A DNA stretch of 64,000 nt from Fimbriosthenelais zetlandica (lineage: Eukaryota): NCBI GenBank assembly GCA_977030845.1, contig OZ365114.1, positions 15,934,001 to 15,998,000 on the forward strand, in the 5' to 3' direction. Made by a program: the position numbers and the translations under genes. Positions within the stretch are counted from its first letter, which is position 1; each line of letters opens with the position of its first letter. Below are positions 13,184-27,300 of the stretch, in pieces. Below the pieces are notes generated by a model, which ran no database searches, was not told the origin of the DNA, and saw only the letters and a list, made by a program, of their open reading frames with translations.

Positions 13184-16100
13184 GAGAAATAAATAAGTTA
13201 TGCTGATCAGCCAAATTATTAAAGAAACTAGAGATTTAAAATACTATATTGCTGCAAGTTGATTGCTTTCAGAAAGCAAATGTCCAACTGATAGAATCAT
13301 GACACATTATTGGGTGATTTAATCTATTTGATGGGCTAAAAATAGGTCAAATTCTATTATAGGTGTCTGCAACATGCATGTTTAGGAATGAGGCATATGG
13401 ATATTCATGGCAGACATTCTTGTTAAAATCAATTGGAATCAATAATTAACATTGTTAGCGTCTGCAAGCGAAGCCTTCAACATACACATGCATGAATCAT
13501 ACTCCCAGACTTGAAAGAAACATCACTTATTGTACAAAGAAGGAGAATCCTCTGGTCAAATACCCGTCTTCTCCTGCATGTATTAAGGTAAGATCTTCCC
13601 TTAAAAATATTCACTTCTTTTATGTCAGAGTCATCATTCGGGCATTTTAAATTTCACAATATTCTCAGCAAAGTTCTGCCTTCAACAATCCATAACAAGT
13701 TATTTGTGAGCATGGTGGAAACGGGTAAAATGCCCTTATTTAAATTAATATATAAATGGAAAGAAAATTGTCGCTTATTGTACAATATACTGATCTGAGG
13801 AGCCTTAAATATTGCAATCCCAGTGAAGAAGTTAATAAGGATTTAAGAGGTTGGTTAATTGGATTAAACCAACATATACATGTAGTGTTGGTCTGAGCAA
13901 TTTACATAATCCTACGAGATCACAGTTAGTTGCTTACAATCATTGATTATAGGTTGGGCATTCTGCCAGAATAGAAACTATCTTTAATTTGAAGTTTGAG
14001 TGGAAGGGATTTATATAATTTAAGTACACTTAAATTATATATCATGTAGAGCATGACATGCCGAATCGAACATTAAACTAAGTCTTATAAAAAATAACAA
14101 GGGCCATGCAGTTCAATTCAACTGACCCACTGAGTGTGATAAAAAGTGTGATGAATAGATATAATGTCTTCAAACAGATTTCTGTCCATTGAAGATGTCC
14201 ATAGAAGAAATTTCTTTCCAAATTCAAAGACAAAGTTACTATAAGAACAACTTGTCACCTGTATACATGCATACATGTATAGAGGGCCCATATCTCTTCG
14301 CATTCGCTTCTTTACATGATGACAAGTCTAAGGAAGACATTTTGACTTGAAACTACATCTATTTGATTAATTACATGCCAATTTATATCTGTTGGCGACA
14401 GTCAAGATATCGATCAGGACTTTCTGCCGTACTGTCACTTACAAACTCCTGTACTCGTTGACTTGTAGATTTATAGCAAAGGAAAAAAAGAATATTCTGA
14501 ACACTGACAGATGTTCCGTCTACACAGAACACCTAACATGCAATAATATGCTTATAACTATAGGAAGTGATTAAGCAATTGTATAGTGAGAGGACACTCG
14601 TTGCATCATTGTGACAAGTTCAGGAACAATTCCATGCATGCACATGTAGAGGTTTGATGTATAAGAATGGCGTGTTCCTAACAGTTGCTCTGGCTTCGGT
14701 GTCAGAGTTAATGAGAAAGGGCCATTCATAAAATACCCCTTGATATATACTACCATCTCACCAAGGCGCCATCTGTACTATACATTTCCTTCCTATTTGA
14801 CCTTTGATCCTTCGACTACCTCATCAGGTCACATGGAGGCAGCCATGTTGCATGTGAGCGGCCCATTCAGCCATCTTCAGAAAGGTCCAATTATCGTTCA
14901 TGCTGAACGCCGTTATGTTACAGGGCCATACAGATAACGAGTTTGCTAACATTTTGTGAATGATGTTCACTGGGGGCCTTTTTCATTAATATTATGTACA
15001 AGAAGATAGCCAAAGGATGGTGTAACTATGACCGTATATGGTGCCAACATCTTTGAAAAGTTAAGGGGTCCCTGGATCCTTTGACCAATGAGAAGAGTGG
15101 AAAATGGGTCAGTGCCTTCATCCACTGGAACCAAAGATGAACGGGAACTTTGTGAATGAGTCCTGGCTCATGCAGTCGTATTATAAAGACAGGGACAAAT
15201 CTCAACGTCTCATATGAGGCCAATTAATCATGTGGCAATGCATGTTTTAATCTACATATGTCTTATCCAAGACGGAGAGATATAAGCAGGCTCCTACACA
15301 TTGACACATTCTAAGAACTTTTGGTTGCATCCATGGAATAAAGAATAAAACTGGAGGGACAGGGGTAAATAACTTATCATCCCTCTCATGCCCATCAACC
15401 CTGATTTATGGAGGGCACACGAATGTATGCAGGAGCTCTAAATTGCCCGTCTATAGAAGCATTTCCTCCCTAGACACTTTGATGAAATGGCTCGCATGAT
15501 CCATCCTTATCATGAACTATCAGCCCATGTCAAAAGGGCTTCACCCTAAAGGGAAATGCTTTACCGGCCTTCTTATGATATGATAATTGTGATAATGGCC
15601 AATTATTCAAAGGGACAACAAGCCATAACAAGCCAGTCTGCATCACCATATACGTTTACAAAGACATTGACCCCTTACTCATTGTTGCCTCGAATAATTA
15701 CAATAGTGGTAAGGGCAATTTCAGGATTCATATTTACGAAATGCACTCACGACATAGGTTCAAAGAAAAGTCAACCAACCCTGTTCATATAACTATAACT
15801 AACAGTAATATATAAATAAGAGGGAGAAAATGAGCAGGAAATTTAATATTCTCTCCATTTGCCTCTTGAGCAATTGGCAGCCATTATGCAGAAAACAATA
15901 AAGCTGACAACTACCTGGATGATTTCCTCTTCTATACCAATATTGACCCAGTTATTCAGATTGTCCTTATAACCTAAGAACGTCTTTTTGCAAACCATCC
16001 ACCTTTTCATTTGCTATACATTGTATTAAAGCTTCTTTCAAATACATGTATGCCAGATTCGCTTGGTCCATGCTTGGGCTATGACTGTCTTTCTTTACGA

Positions 16101-16254
16101 GTCTTTGAAACCTGGGATACCCCCTCCATCCCAGACATGGCCTAAGACCATTGTGTATCTTGTCTTGTGTTGACATGTACTGCTATATACCCAAGAATTA
16201 AAGGGTCTCCAGAACTCAACAAACAGTACAGAACGTGGTGCAAAAGTCCTCCAA

Positions 16255-16341
16255 TTTCTTTTGTAAATCGGTAACCTTATTGTAACCTTATTTCTTTTGT
16301 AAATCGGTAACCTTATTTCTTTTGTAAATCGGTAACCTTAT
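16255..16341. repeat. 25-bp tandem repeat TTTCTTTTGTAAATCGGTAACCTTA x3 plus an 11-bp partial unit
   Basis: Three identical copies seen directly. Confidence 0.95.
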
Positions 16342-17888
16342 TATTGCATGTCACTTCATCAATCTAGCACCTTAGTATGTATGTTACTCTGTGCTATAAA
16401 CTTGTAATTAATGAAAATGAACCCATTTTATTTTTCTGAACTCTATCCAATTGTCCCCTTTTATATGAAGAGTGAGCGACTCCCGTGAAAATTAAAAAAT
16501 CAAATAAGCCAAGTAGATCAATCTGGGAATGATTCCATATATCTGAAATCTGGAATTGGGACGCCGCTATTGCATCAATGCCTAAGAAACCTTTGATGTA
16601 ATATCTTTATAATTTTGTCCAAATTTGCAAGACATAAAGAGCTACCATTGTGGTCGATTGAAAGTATATTGACCTAGGATAAGGAACCCAGGGATCAAAC
16701 TACACGCCTGCACAATCAGGCATTCACTAGTCCCATGTCAAACATTGGCCATGAGATCAATAATGTTTTATGTAGGTTTAAATCTGTTTGTGTTAAGGTT
16801 CAAATCTGATTGAGACATTCAGAAAATAAAAGATGACAAAAACACCCCCTCTTGTTATAGAAACACTACAGCACCAGAGTAGAGCGGTCCATCTGGATTT
16901 AGTGCAATATGTATTTATGTTATGCACAACTGTTGTTTAAAAATGATGTTTTATCTTTTCCTATGGCACACTTGGAAAAGAGGGGGTGAATGTTTTCTCA
17001 AACTAAAAACGATGCTCAGACTATATTAAGAAAGTATGACATCATCTTCCAATGCAGTCTGGCAGGATTTGGCCCCCTATATATGCTAATCCATGAAACA
17101 CAATTTCCTTGGCCATGATAAATGTGTCTATTCTTATTTTTGAATTTATTCTAATTATTTGTTTTCCTTCATAAAACATCCTCAATCGTGCCAAGAGTAT
17201 TGAATTACACTTTCAATGGACGAAAAAACTGTTAAGTGTTATAGATAACTGCAATAACCCACGCTTTTTAAAAAAAAGTGTTCATAATTTTATATATGAT
17301 GAGAATTTGATGGGAGTCAAAGCCAGTCAGAAGAATGACTATTTCATCAACTCATAACCAAATATAATTCTTACTTAATACATGATATCCACGTTTCCTT
17401 CCACCTGGTCTTCCAGCTCGTCTTTCATCTCTGTGTATACATAGATGTTTGGTGCATTGTATCTAGAATGACAAGTTGTTATGGGTCATTTCATCTGCAG
17501 GAATTAGATAAACTGGCATGAGTATTTTCGAGTGAAAAATGAACTACTTCAAGAGGTCCAGGGACCAAATGGGAAGATGAGATGTTAATTATAGGGCTTA
17601 CTATGACATAGTGGGAAACTCTGAATGAATCAATTTAGATTTGTTCAAGCTTTCTCTCACCATCGTGAATAGCATATTGAAGAGTCTATTCTTTCAAATC
17701 GACTTTGTAATAGGATCTTAAGTCTTATGTTACACAAAGAATAAATCTCAGACATCGTAGCTTGCCCCCCTGGATGTTCTCTTCCTGGTTCACATGTAAA
17801 TCATGATCAATGTATTATACATTCTATCGTCATCTTTACATAATTATTGTTCCTACATACTCATATCAGAAATGTGAAGTTTGAGATT

Positions 17889-18015
17889 GATTTGTTGAGT
17901 TCTTGACCATGGTTTCCTTGACCATGATATCCGTTACCATGATGTCCATTGCCATCCACTATACTCAACGATTTGTTGAGTCCTTGACCACGATCTCTGT
18001 TACCATGATGTCCAT
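17889..18015. repeat. Degenerate 81-bp duplication built from 15-bp ACCATGATRTCCRTT sub-units
   Basis: gatttgttgagt(t/c)cttgacca at 17889 and 17970, each followed by 15-bp sub-units. Confidence 0.8.
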
Positions 18016-18017
18016 GA

Positions 18018-18330
18018 TGGCTTGTGGGAGTCGGGCTAGGTGGTGGCTTGTGGGAGTTGGGCTACGTGGTGGCTTGTGGGAGTTGGGCTAGGTGGTGGCT
18101 TGTGGGAGTTGGGCTAGGTGGTGGCTTCTGGGAGTCGGGCTAGGTGGTGGCTTGTGGGAGTTGGGCTAGGTGGTGGCTTCTGGGATTCAGGCTAGGTGGT
18201 GGAAGTTGGGCTAGGTGGTGGCTTGTGGGAGTTGGGCTAGGTGGTGGCTTGTGGGAGTTGGGCTAGATGGTGGCTTGTGGGAGTCGGGCTAGGTGGTGGC
18301 TTGTGGGACTCGGGCTAGGTGGTGGCTTGT
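18018..18330. repeat. G-rich minisatellite, 26-bp unit GGGCTAGGTGGTGGCTTGTGGGAGTT, 12 copies
   Basis: GGCTA recurs every 26 bp from 18034 to 18313, with one shortened 19-bp unit. Confidence 0.95.
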
Positions 18331-21300
18331 ACCATGATATCCATATTATTATTACCCCATCCTGATCCCTGCATCCATTAGCCATGGACCCCATCATGTG
18401 GCTAAAGAGAAGTGGGAGGGTGTTCGGAAAATGACTGGTATTGTGGAATTGTATGGTTGTTTAACGTCATCTTATAGCAATTTTTCAGTTATATGAGGAT
18501 GAGGATTGTGGGATGATTTGTTCCTGGGTTGGAATCCGGGAAGTATAGTGGGTGTGTGGGTGGGTGGCAGGATTGATTGGAGGACATTGAGGAGGGATGG
18601 AAGGAGTAGTGGAGACAGCTGTAACATCTCGTAAGCTTTAACCTTCTCATTTCCCTATAATGAACCTCTTAAAATCCCACTTGAAATATTACAAGGTATA
18701 GCACCTGCAGTTTATAATAAATCTCATCTTCTACAATGCAGATTTCTTGCCAGAGTCGATCTTATCTCCTTAACTTATACCTATCGCCTGTAGCGCTGAG
18801 GTATATACAAAAAAGACAGATAAATGGCCTAGATAAGCCCCAGAGCATGTTGTCACAAAAAAGACTCGATCATCTATAAATCTTTTGACATTATAGAAAA
18901 ATACATTTGTCCTTGACCCTATCCTTGGCTCAGTACAAAATATATGTATATTTTTTATCAATACATGTATTATCTTTATACATCTAGGAATTAAATAATT
19001 AAATGTGCATAATATCATGATGTAAAATGATATAGCCCATTTTAAAAAATGATTGCACTTAAATTTGTCACTTTCTGGCGACAATTTGATAAGAGGATTT
19101 CATGGAAATTGTACGGAAATGTTAAAGGATGGGAATGGTGTGATAGAGAGGGGGAAGTGGGAGTGGGAAATTGAATCACCGGGCTATTGTCGCGTGTTTC
19201 TATCGCTGTTCATTGAGGATATCTTACCCCTGGTGGCAGCTGAGCTTGACAAACCTTCGACCCGTAACAATGGGTGCAGCCACCTATTTTCAGCCCCTTT
19301 TGACACGCTTCCGTTGACCCTCGATCATTTGTAAAGGGAGTCCATCCATTGGACCACCCTCTGAATGTCCTTCCCACCTATACTCTCCCATCTGCTTCTT
19401 ACGTGATCATCCTTACCTTTATGCAATGCATGCACTCGGGAAAACAGGTTCCTCTCTTTAACCAAGGTTAACTAAATTAATTATCGGAACATGCAAGACA
19501 GATTCTGACATGTGAATCCATAAAAAAAAGATTTATATGAAAATGGCCTTGGACTGTAGGGTAATTGTAACCTGTGACTATAATAGGACGTGAACAGATC
19601 AGAAGGAAGTGGATCAGACATCTCATATTATGTCCCTCTTCACAGGATGAGAAGGTAATGGATGGCCTTAAAAAGTCTTGTATTAAAGAGAGAGGTACAA
19701 AAAACCTACCCAGAACTGTGATTAGTTGTGGAAAAAAAGGAAGGGCTGACTTCCCTGGTATTGAGCCAACAAGGCCAAAAGGTACATCTTTCACCCAGCT
19801 TTTATTTTCCATGTTAATTTAAGGACCATTTTTTTGCGTTTGAAATTCATGCATAGGTTTGTAAAAAAAGTATAATGATTTTCCATTGAAATCGACAATC
19901 GCAATCTCACCTATTCTATGTAGCTGTAGAAGATCAATTGTTAAGAACATCCAAAATGGTGACAGCTAACATATGAATATGAACAGGAAACTATTATTAA
20001 GTCTGAATTTCTCATGACATATACAATAGATGCACCCCAATGAAAAAGTGCGTATACAACACTTTTTAAACCCTCCCATTGAATTTCATACGGCTATAGG
20101 ACCGAGGAAAATGGAATACTTCAGGAAACCAATTCAAGGGAGATAATATAAATAGATAGAGAGTCATCGGTAGTATTAGATATACCTTTCCTCCACAGAT
20201 GAGATGAATGTGTGCAGCTGTCACGGATGTGCACACTCAGCGATCATTCATCAAGCTATACTTTGGGGTTCATCTAAGTCTGTCCCCTGAGTCAGAATGC
20301 CATTTCGAGCAAACGGGATACAACTTTCAGGAAATGCGATCGATGCTGCAGGAACTAATCTGAGATAGTTTAGACTCGATGAATCAGGAGGTAATGATCG
20401 TGAATCAATAGGTAAAATAATTACGACCATTGCGGCAGATGGTTCATTATCAATGTCTAATTATGGCATTTCAGGAAGGTTTCTCATTAGGAAACTAAGA
20501 TTTTCCTATTCCCATTTTCACGGAATCCGTTTGGATATATATCCTAGGTGAGGACGACATTAAGCAATGATAAATCAATGACAAAATTAAATAAACCAAA
20601 TCCTCTTTTTCATGAAAGTACCCTACATAGTCTGAGGAAACATAATAATGTCAATATCCAGGGGCCTTGTCCTAATAAAGTACGTATAGCTTTTAACTCC
20701 AGGGGTCTGTTCCATAACAAATATTAACCATAGACTTCCCATAGACACAGACCTCAGTAGCACTTGAATAAGGTGCATGGTTTTTAGGGAACATTCCCCT
20801 GATGGTGATTTTGATTATATGATGCGAGAGGTCGAGGAAATAGGGTTCATGGCACACAGCCTGTATACTAGCACTATTAATCACTGTCATCATACAGGTG
20901 GATCTGCTCTATGTCATCTCTTACTCTCATATAAAGAGCAAACTGGATTAATACCAACTTTGGCACCATCACATCACCCGATTATAAATAATAGTAAATT
21001 GTGAGAGACACTTATATTGTAGTTCACTAAGTGTAATTGTGGTGGCCAGGCCTACACAGTAATGGGCTCGATAAACCAAGTCCACCACTCGAATAATTCC
21101 GGCATTTTACCTATTAACTATTTTAACAAGTTGCAGTCATAAGATAAAAAAAAATCTATACCTGCAAAAACGACAATGAACTCCTCAGATTTTCACAGAC
21201 AGGACTGAGGAATTCTTTTGGAGACAACTTGCAAGTCGGCTTTACATACTTTTTTCAAGGAATATAGACCCAAATCAATGAAACTAATTCATCTGAATCA

Positions 21301-24300
21301 ATCATCTGTTATTTGATCTATTCCACAGTTTCTGATGTCTATAATATGAATAAAATAAGCAGTTTTCTTTGACAGACCGTCATTACCCATATCCTTTCAG
21401 TCAACAAGTAGCAATTTTATAAGCAGTACTTTTTGATAGTGTATAACTTCGCGTGCTTTTGAGAGAGTTCACACAGATTAGGAGCTCTTATTGTACTTTT
21501 AGAAGTTCATAATACAATATAATCTCTTCCTGCCATAAATACCAGGTAGTCAGGGCCGTTATTTTCATTGCTCACTATCACATATTTCACATTTTCAGGG
21601 TTCATCATAAGTACATTTTATCTTCTTACCTTTGAAGTCTTTTTCTCTTTCCTGTTGGTCTCTCATTCACTGTTCTTCCCCTTTGACACTTGCTGGCATT
21701 CTTCTCTGCTTTTGTAAGCCTGCAATTCCACACAAATATTCTGTTGGTAATCATCGCAATTGTTCAATGCCCACAGAAAAGACTGCTTATCAGATTCATG
21801 CAACTGCTTTGAAAAGCACATGGGCCATGAAAAGTATAGTACATTTTATTTCATGTTTCATATCATATATTTGCGTTTTGGGTGGAGTTTTTGAAAGGAA
21901 TAAAGTTTTCTTCATTTGCTTTCGAAACAATGATGAAGACCTATAGATACTTTCTTGATTGAATGTGGCTTATCTCACCAGAGAGACGAGAGAAGATACC
22001 ACATTAAAGACAGCAATGGAATCTTGCATTTCTTCTTTGGTATGAATGCTGTGGTTTCTTGAAACACATGAAAACCACGATTGTTTGATAGACACATCTT
22101 GTGGTATCTTGCATGGGAAGACTGTGTATTTAAGTTAGTGTGTGATCTATGGAGCATGGAACTGACAGGGGAACTATATACCGTAAGGACATGTAACCTT
22201 GACAGTTCATACTAATATGGACCAACGACTGCAGTGATGATCATCTGCCCTTGATCTAATAAACCTCTACAGCTTGCATCAAATTATATGTATCCCCTAC
22301 AACTTGCGTGATAGCCTTGTATTATGCCTGTAGATTAACAAGACAATAAAGCATGCCTCTGACATGATTTTTTTGTTCTTAAAATGGTTAAAATGGGGAG
22401 ACATCATGTGATGCATATATTCCATGGCATGGCATTGATCTTGGTACAAGAAACCCTTAAAGCATCTTAGTAATTCCTATACACAACACACATGTATACC
22501 AAAAGTCTTCTACATGAAAAGTCCCTGTAATTATCAAACTTTTAACTTAGAGCTTAAGATCTACATAGTGCACTGTCCTAAGTCAGATGTACTCAGGGAC
22601 TTCAGTATTAAATTCACATTAATTTTAAATAACTTTTAAAAAGGTGTTGCCATTTTGTCTCAGTGTGTCAACAAAACATAATTTATCAGACACAACACCA
22701 CACACTATAGAACAGGATGTTCAGATTTTTGTTTCCAGTTTGATAGATGTCTGGATAAGTGGATCATTTGTTTCTGTTGGTAAACAATCGGAACAGTCCA
22801 TCTCGTTCACAAACTGACAGATGCAGCTTTTTTTTATTCAACTTATTTTTACACATCTCTTTTGGACAATTAATTTAAAGACATTGAGACTAAGAGCACA
22901 CAAAATCTCCGCAGTCACAGAGTTTGGTGTTGAAAAGGGCAATGCCCTCTTGACTAAGTACGAAAAATTGGCGCACACTTCTCAGCAATTAAAAATGTAG
23001 TAAAAAGTGTAAGAAAAAGACCAAATGCTGCGGATTATCGAGACAACTATTATTACGGGAATCCCTCTGGTAAACCTATAATATATAGGGCCACGGACTG
23101 ATAGGGTGCGGAAGATGTATGCCATGCATTTACATATATTTTTCAACTCCTTTCAAAACCACTATTATTTTGATTAATGGCGGAAAACAGTTCACCTCAA
23201 AGGGCACTAAAGATAGATGTATAGATGAAAACAGATTACTCTTTAACACGAGCAAAGTGGGTAGAAAGGTCGTTCACCCTTAACAGTACTGTTTCATTAG
23301 TGTGAAAGAGTACGCAGAGAGGACTCTTTTGTGATGTTAATAATCTTACTTTCCTAGTAATATCAATCAAGAGATTGGTCATTAACCCTTGAAAACAAGC
23401 TAAAAAGAGAGCATTCGATGGATAACGCTAATATATCAGTATTAAACATTGAAAAATGGCTTCCTCTTCCTAAAAAATATCTGCATGGGAAACAGGGTAG
23501 AGAATACAAACACCGTATAGTACAATTTCACGACCTCTGTTCATTGAGATACAATTTTGTGGACGATGTCCAAATTATTAACTTGAAATTGGGTAATAAT
23601 TGGCATGAAAATCATGGGTTATTAGCCGATATATTTTCCAGTTTCTTTAAGTGCTTAATAATTGAGAACTTCACATTCCTCAAAGGTCCACGGGCCAAGG
23701 TTTTACTCACTCATACAGACGTAATTATGCATGGAGTTAAATGTGCATTATATCTATCCCATAAACATTGAATGGCGCTCAGTCTGACCAAATGCAGCTA
23801 GACGTCTTGGGAGTTATGAATACATAAATACCCAGGGTATTCTTAATGTTTATAACCTCCTTGGAAGCTTGCCTCACGTTTGATCATAATTTACACGCTC
23901 CTGTGCCTCCTTTCCCTTTCCCTGGGCCCGCTGAGCTTGAACAGCTTCCCTATGGGATGGCTGAACATTTCCCCAGTGGTGCGGTTCCGCTATGAGGTAC
24001 ATGTGGACTGGTCCACGTTTTGGTTGATCCAAAGGATGCACCTTTGGCTGGAGCCAAGCCCATACCATACTTATTCTCCTTCAATAATCAATATCAAAAT
24101 TCAGATGCAATTAATCTTAAAATCATCACTTGTTAATATAGGCCCCTATTCAAAATAATATATTGAAGTTTGAACATGGCTATTTCCAATTTGACGAAAC
24201 CATGTATTGAGCCTGAATTAATGCCCATTTGGCAGCAAGTAAAAGTTGTATACCCTCAAAGGTTTGATGTAGCTATTAATGAGGTAATTAGTATCTCATT

Positions 24301-27300
24301 AAGGGTGATCTAATGCACACACAGGTGATAAAAATCCTGTATGAGTTGAATGTTCAGTCAGTCTATATGGCACTGTATCATTCTCCCGCAATGCATTTAG
24401 TGCTTCCAGACCCGAGTTCAATTCCTGTGACTTCTGCACCAACTTCCCTGGGCCTGCTGCCCCAAACCTCATCTCCAGACACAACATGACCGTGTGGTTG
24501 GCCTTCTATTGATACACTGTGTATTAATATGAATCAAGTGTTGTATATGTGGACCATCGGAGGAAATCTGGGAGGAAATGGGGCATCAGCGCAGGTAATG
24601 GGTTCATGGTACAGCACGGCGGTCATTGCCCCGTGATGACATTAGGCAGCAGATGAGAGGAGTGTATTCAGGGCTTTGTTTTAATCAGACTTGGCTGATT
24701 GCCATGGAATAGGTGGCTCAGAACATCGATGCTATTCCTCTATAGAAACTCCCCAGTCCATGAGATGGCTATAACCCATGCTTTTATGCAGTAAAAAGAG
24801 GATCCCTATTAGTGGGAATGAGGTGGGATGAGACTCAAGGGTCAACCTGTGTCTGGATCCAATTTGGTAATTCGGAGGCCATAGGACAAGTGATCAGGAG
24901 GAAGATTTAACATCTGACAATCCATATTTCAGATACTTTTTGTCACTAAAAACATTGGAACGTAGGGGCAAAATAGATGAATCATCATAATCTTTAAAGA
25001 ATGCGATGCAAACACATTTTTGCTACTTATCCCGAGTACCTTTAAACCCTGAGTAAAAATAATCCAGCAAAGAACGTACTCTAACTAGCAAGCTAATACA
25101 CCACAAATCTGACTTAAGATCCTGTTTTGATCAAATAGATGAATCGAAATGCAAATGTCCTATATTCCGCCTCCGTCCTTGGGTCATACACAAAGGTGCG
25201 TCAATAAAGGCATTCAGACGATTCAACTAATCCTCCGTCATTTCCTGGTCAGTAACATCAACATAATGTGTAAATACATTCAATTTGTGAGCTCTCCAAT
25301 GGATTAGTTTGCATTCAATTTTTTCCATACCAGGATATGCAACCATCATACAAATTTCCCAGAGATAAATGCATTATGCAATTGAATCTTTTGTCCAAAG
25401 TGAGTTCGGATGATATTTTGGGAACCTATTCAATTAAAGCACAGGGGAATTAAATACCAAATAATCCCCCGTTAGCCACACCGCAGAGAAATAATTCAGG
25501 CAGAAAAAAACATCCGGCCATCGCATCAAAACATTAGTGTGAACGTCATTCACTTACTACATACATAATTCATGAATGGGAAAAAGTGCAAGCACGATAT
25601 ATTAAAGCATTAGGAGTTCCGGAATCAAGGAAGATTAACAACAGAATTAAACGATGTGAACTGACTTAGAAAGGTGAAACATATATATCCGTCCCAAGTT
25701 GACATTATGTAAGGTTGTATAACACTTTGACAGTAGATTCTACTTGGCTAAGGTGAACACTCTAAAGGATGTTAATACTCAGACTTTCCTGAATATATAA
25801 ACGGAGTGAGGTCAATGAGTTTAAATGACAAATTTCCGGAAACAAAAATAGATGCAAAGCTAGTGAAAGTATCTGATGCTGCAATGAGTATCACAGCGAA
25901 TTGCCTTCATTTGTTGAAAAGTGATTCGGAATTCTTGCAGAGAAAATGCAATGCGATTAGATTTCGGATGATAAAACAGTAAACGATTGTAAAGACCTGC
26001 AATGAAATCTGATGACGTTGATCCTTTACTAATCGTCTCAGAGTAACTTTTAGGGCATGCTTTACATAGCTTTTTTCCTCCCACCAGAGTCTATTTGACT
26101 GGCAGGAAACAGGATTCAGGACATTCAGAGTGCAAAAAACATCCCTACAAGGAAGAGGAAAGATGAAGGAACAAATGGTACCTGTGTGGTTAACAGCATG
26201 TTTTCAGGTAGCCAAGTCCATTAAAACTTTTTTCGCCAGTCCTTCTTGTACATATGTAAAGCAGAGCACAATCAGGGGGGATCACTATAATGGGGAACAA
26301 GTGACAAGGAGGAGTAGTCCGCTGGTAGGTCTACAAGGACCAAACAAACATGTTCAGTCCTGGGGCTATGCGAAGCACAAGAAAAGAGCACAGTCCATTA
26401 GACAGGGCACACTACATTCATTTATGATCACTCCCTCAAACCTTTACAAACCATAGGTTCCCAACCTAACTACCAGATCAGCCATGACTTCACTGCATCG
26501 GCAAACACAAATATTATTAGTTTTCAACCAGCAAATGTTCGTGCTCCGATAGCTTTGCCCCCCACAGCATCAATTCATTAGTCCATATATGAGTCGCTGG
26601 TCATTGAGAATGACAACACGAGATGCGCATGGGTTTTGGCTGTATATTTCAGTTAGGGGCAAAAGTAGAGAAATCGTATAGGAATACGTACTGTTAGAAA
26701 AGATAAACTTTTACAGTACATGTAAACTCCACATGTTAATGCTTTGATGAGTCAGAAGTAAACACAGACCATGTTTTACTCCTGGCTCAGATGCCTCCCA
26801 ACAAGGTCTAGAGGAGAAAGAGGGGGATCCACATCCAGAGACCTGCCTTTGCTCTTGTTTATTTTTTGCTGTTTACAGTAAGTGCAAAAATTTGGCGTGC
26901 ATGTTTTATTCGTGCATCTTGAGGATTTTAAGTCGATGGAGAGGAGGGTGTTAGCATGGAGGTCGATGGGATAATACCCAAGTATTATCTCTAGAAGTTA
27001 AGGTCTTATAATTCCTTGGTTTTGTGACTAAAAGAGATGAAAAAGATTGACATAATGCTTCTCAAATAGACAGATCTCTTATACTGATGTCACGATCCTT
27101 GGCTTGGGAGCAGCCACAAGGGGATCTTTGTGCCCTTGAAGTTACTTTAAGCCTGATTTTAAACCAAACGGAGCACAGGGGAAAGTACAAGTCAAAGGCA
27201 ATGCTTGTGGTTCCTTCTCATTCCAAATGACATCTCAACTGGTTATCGTCAGAAAGACATACTGAAATCAGTGTCACGATTAATTTACAACACCTCTCCA

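Noticed and set aside
15026-15223. PLFS...PLT segment resembling a second tyrosine recombinase
   Set aside because: No catalytic R, HxxR or Y motifs in any adjacent frame.
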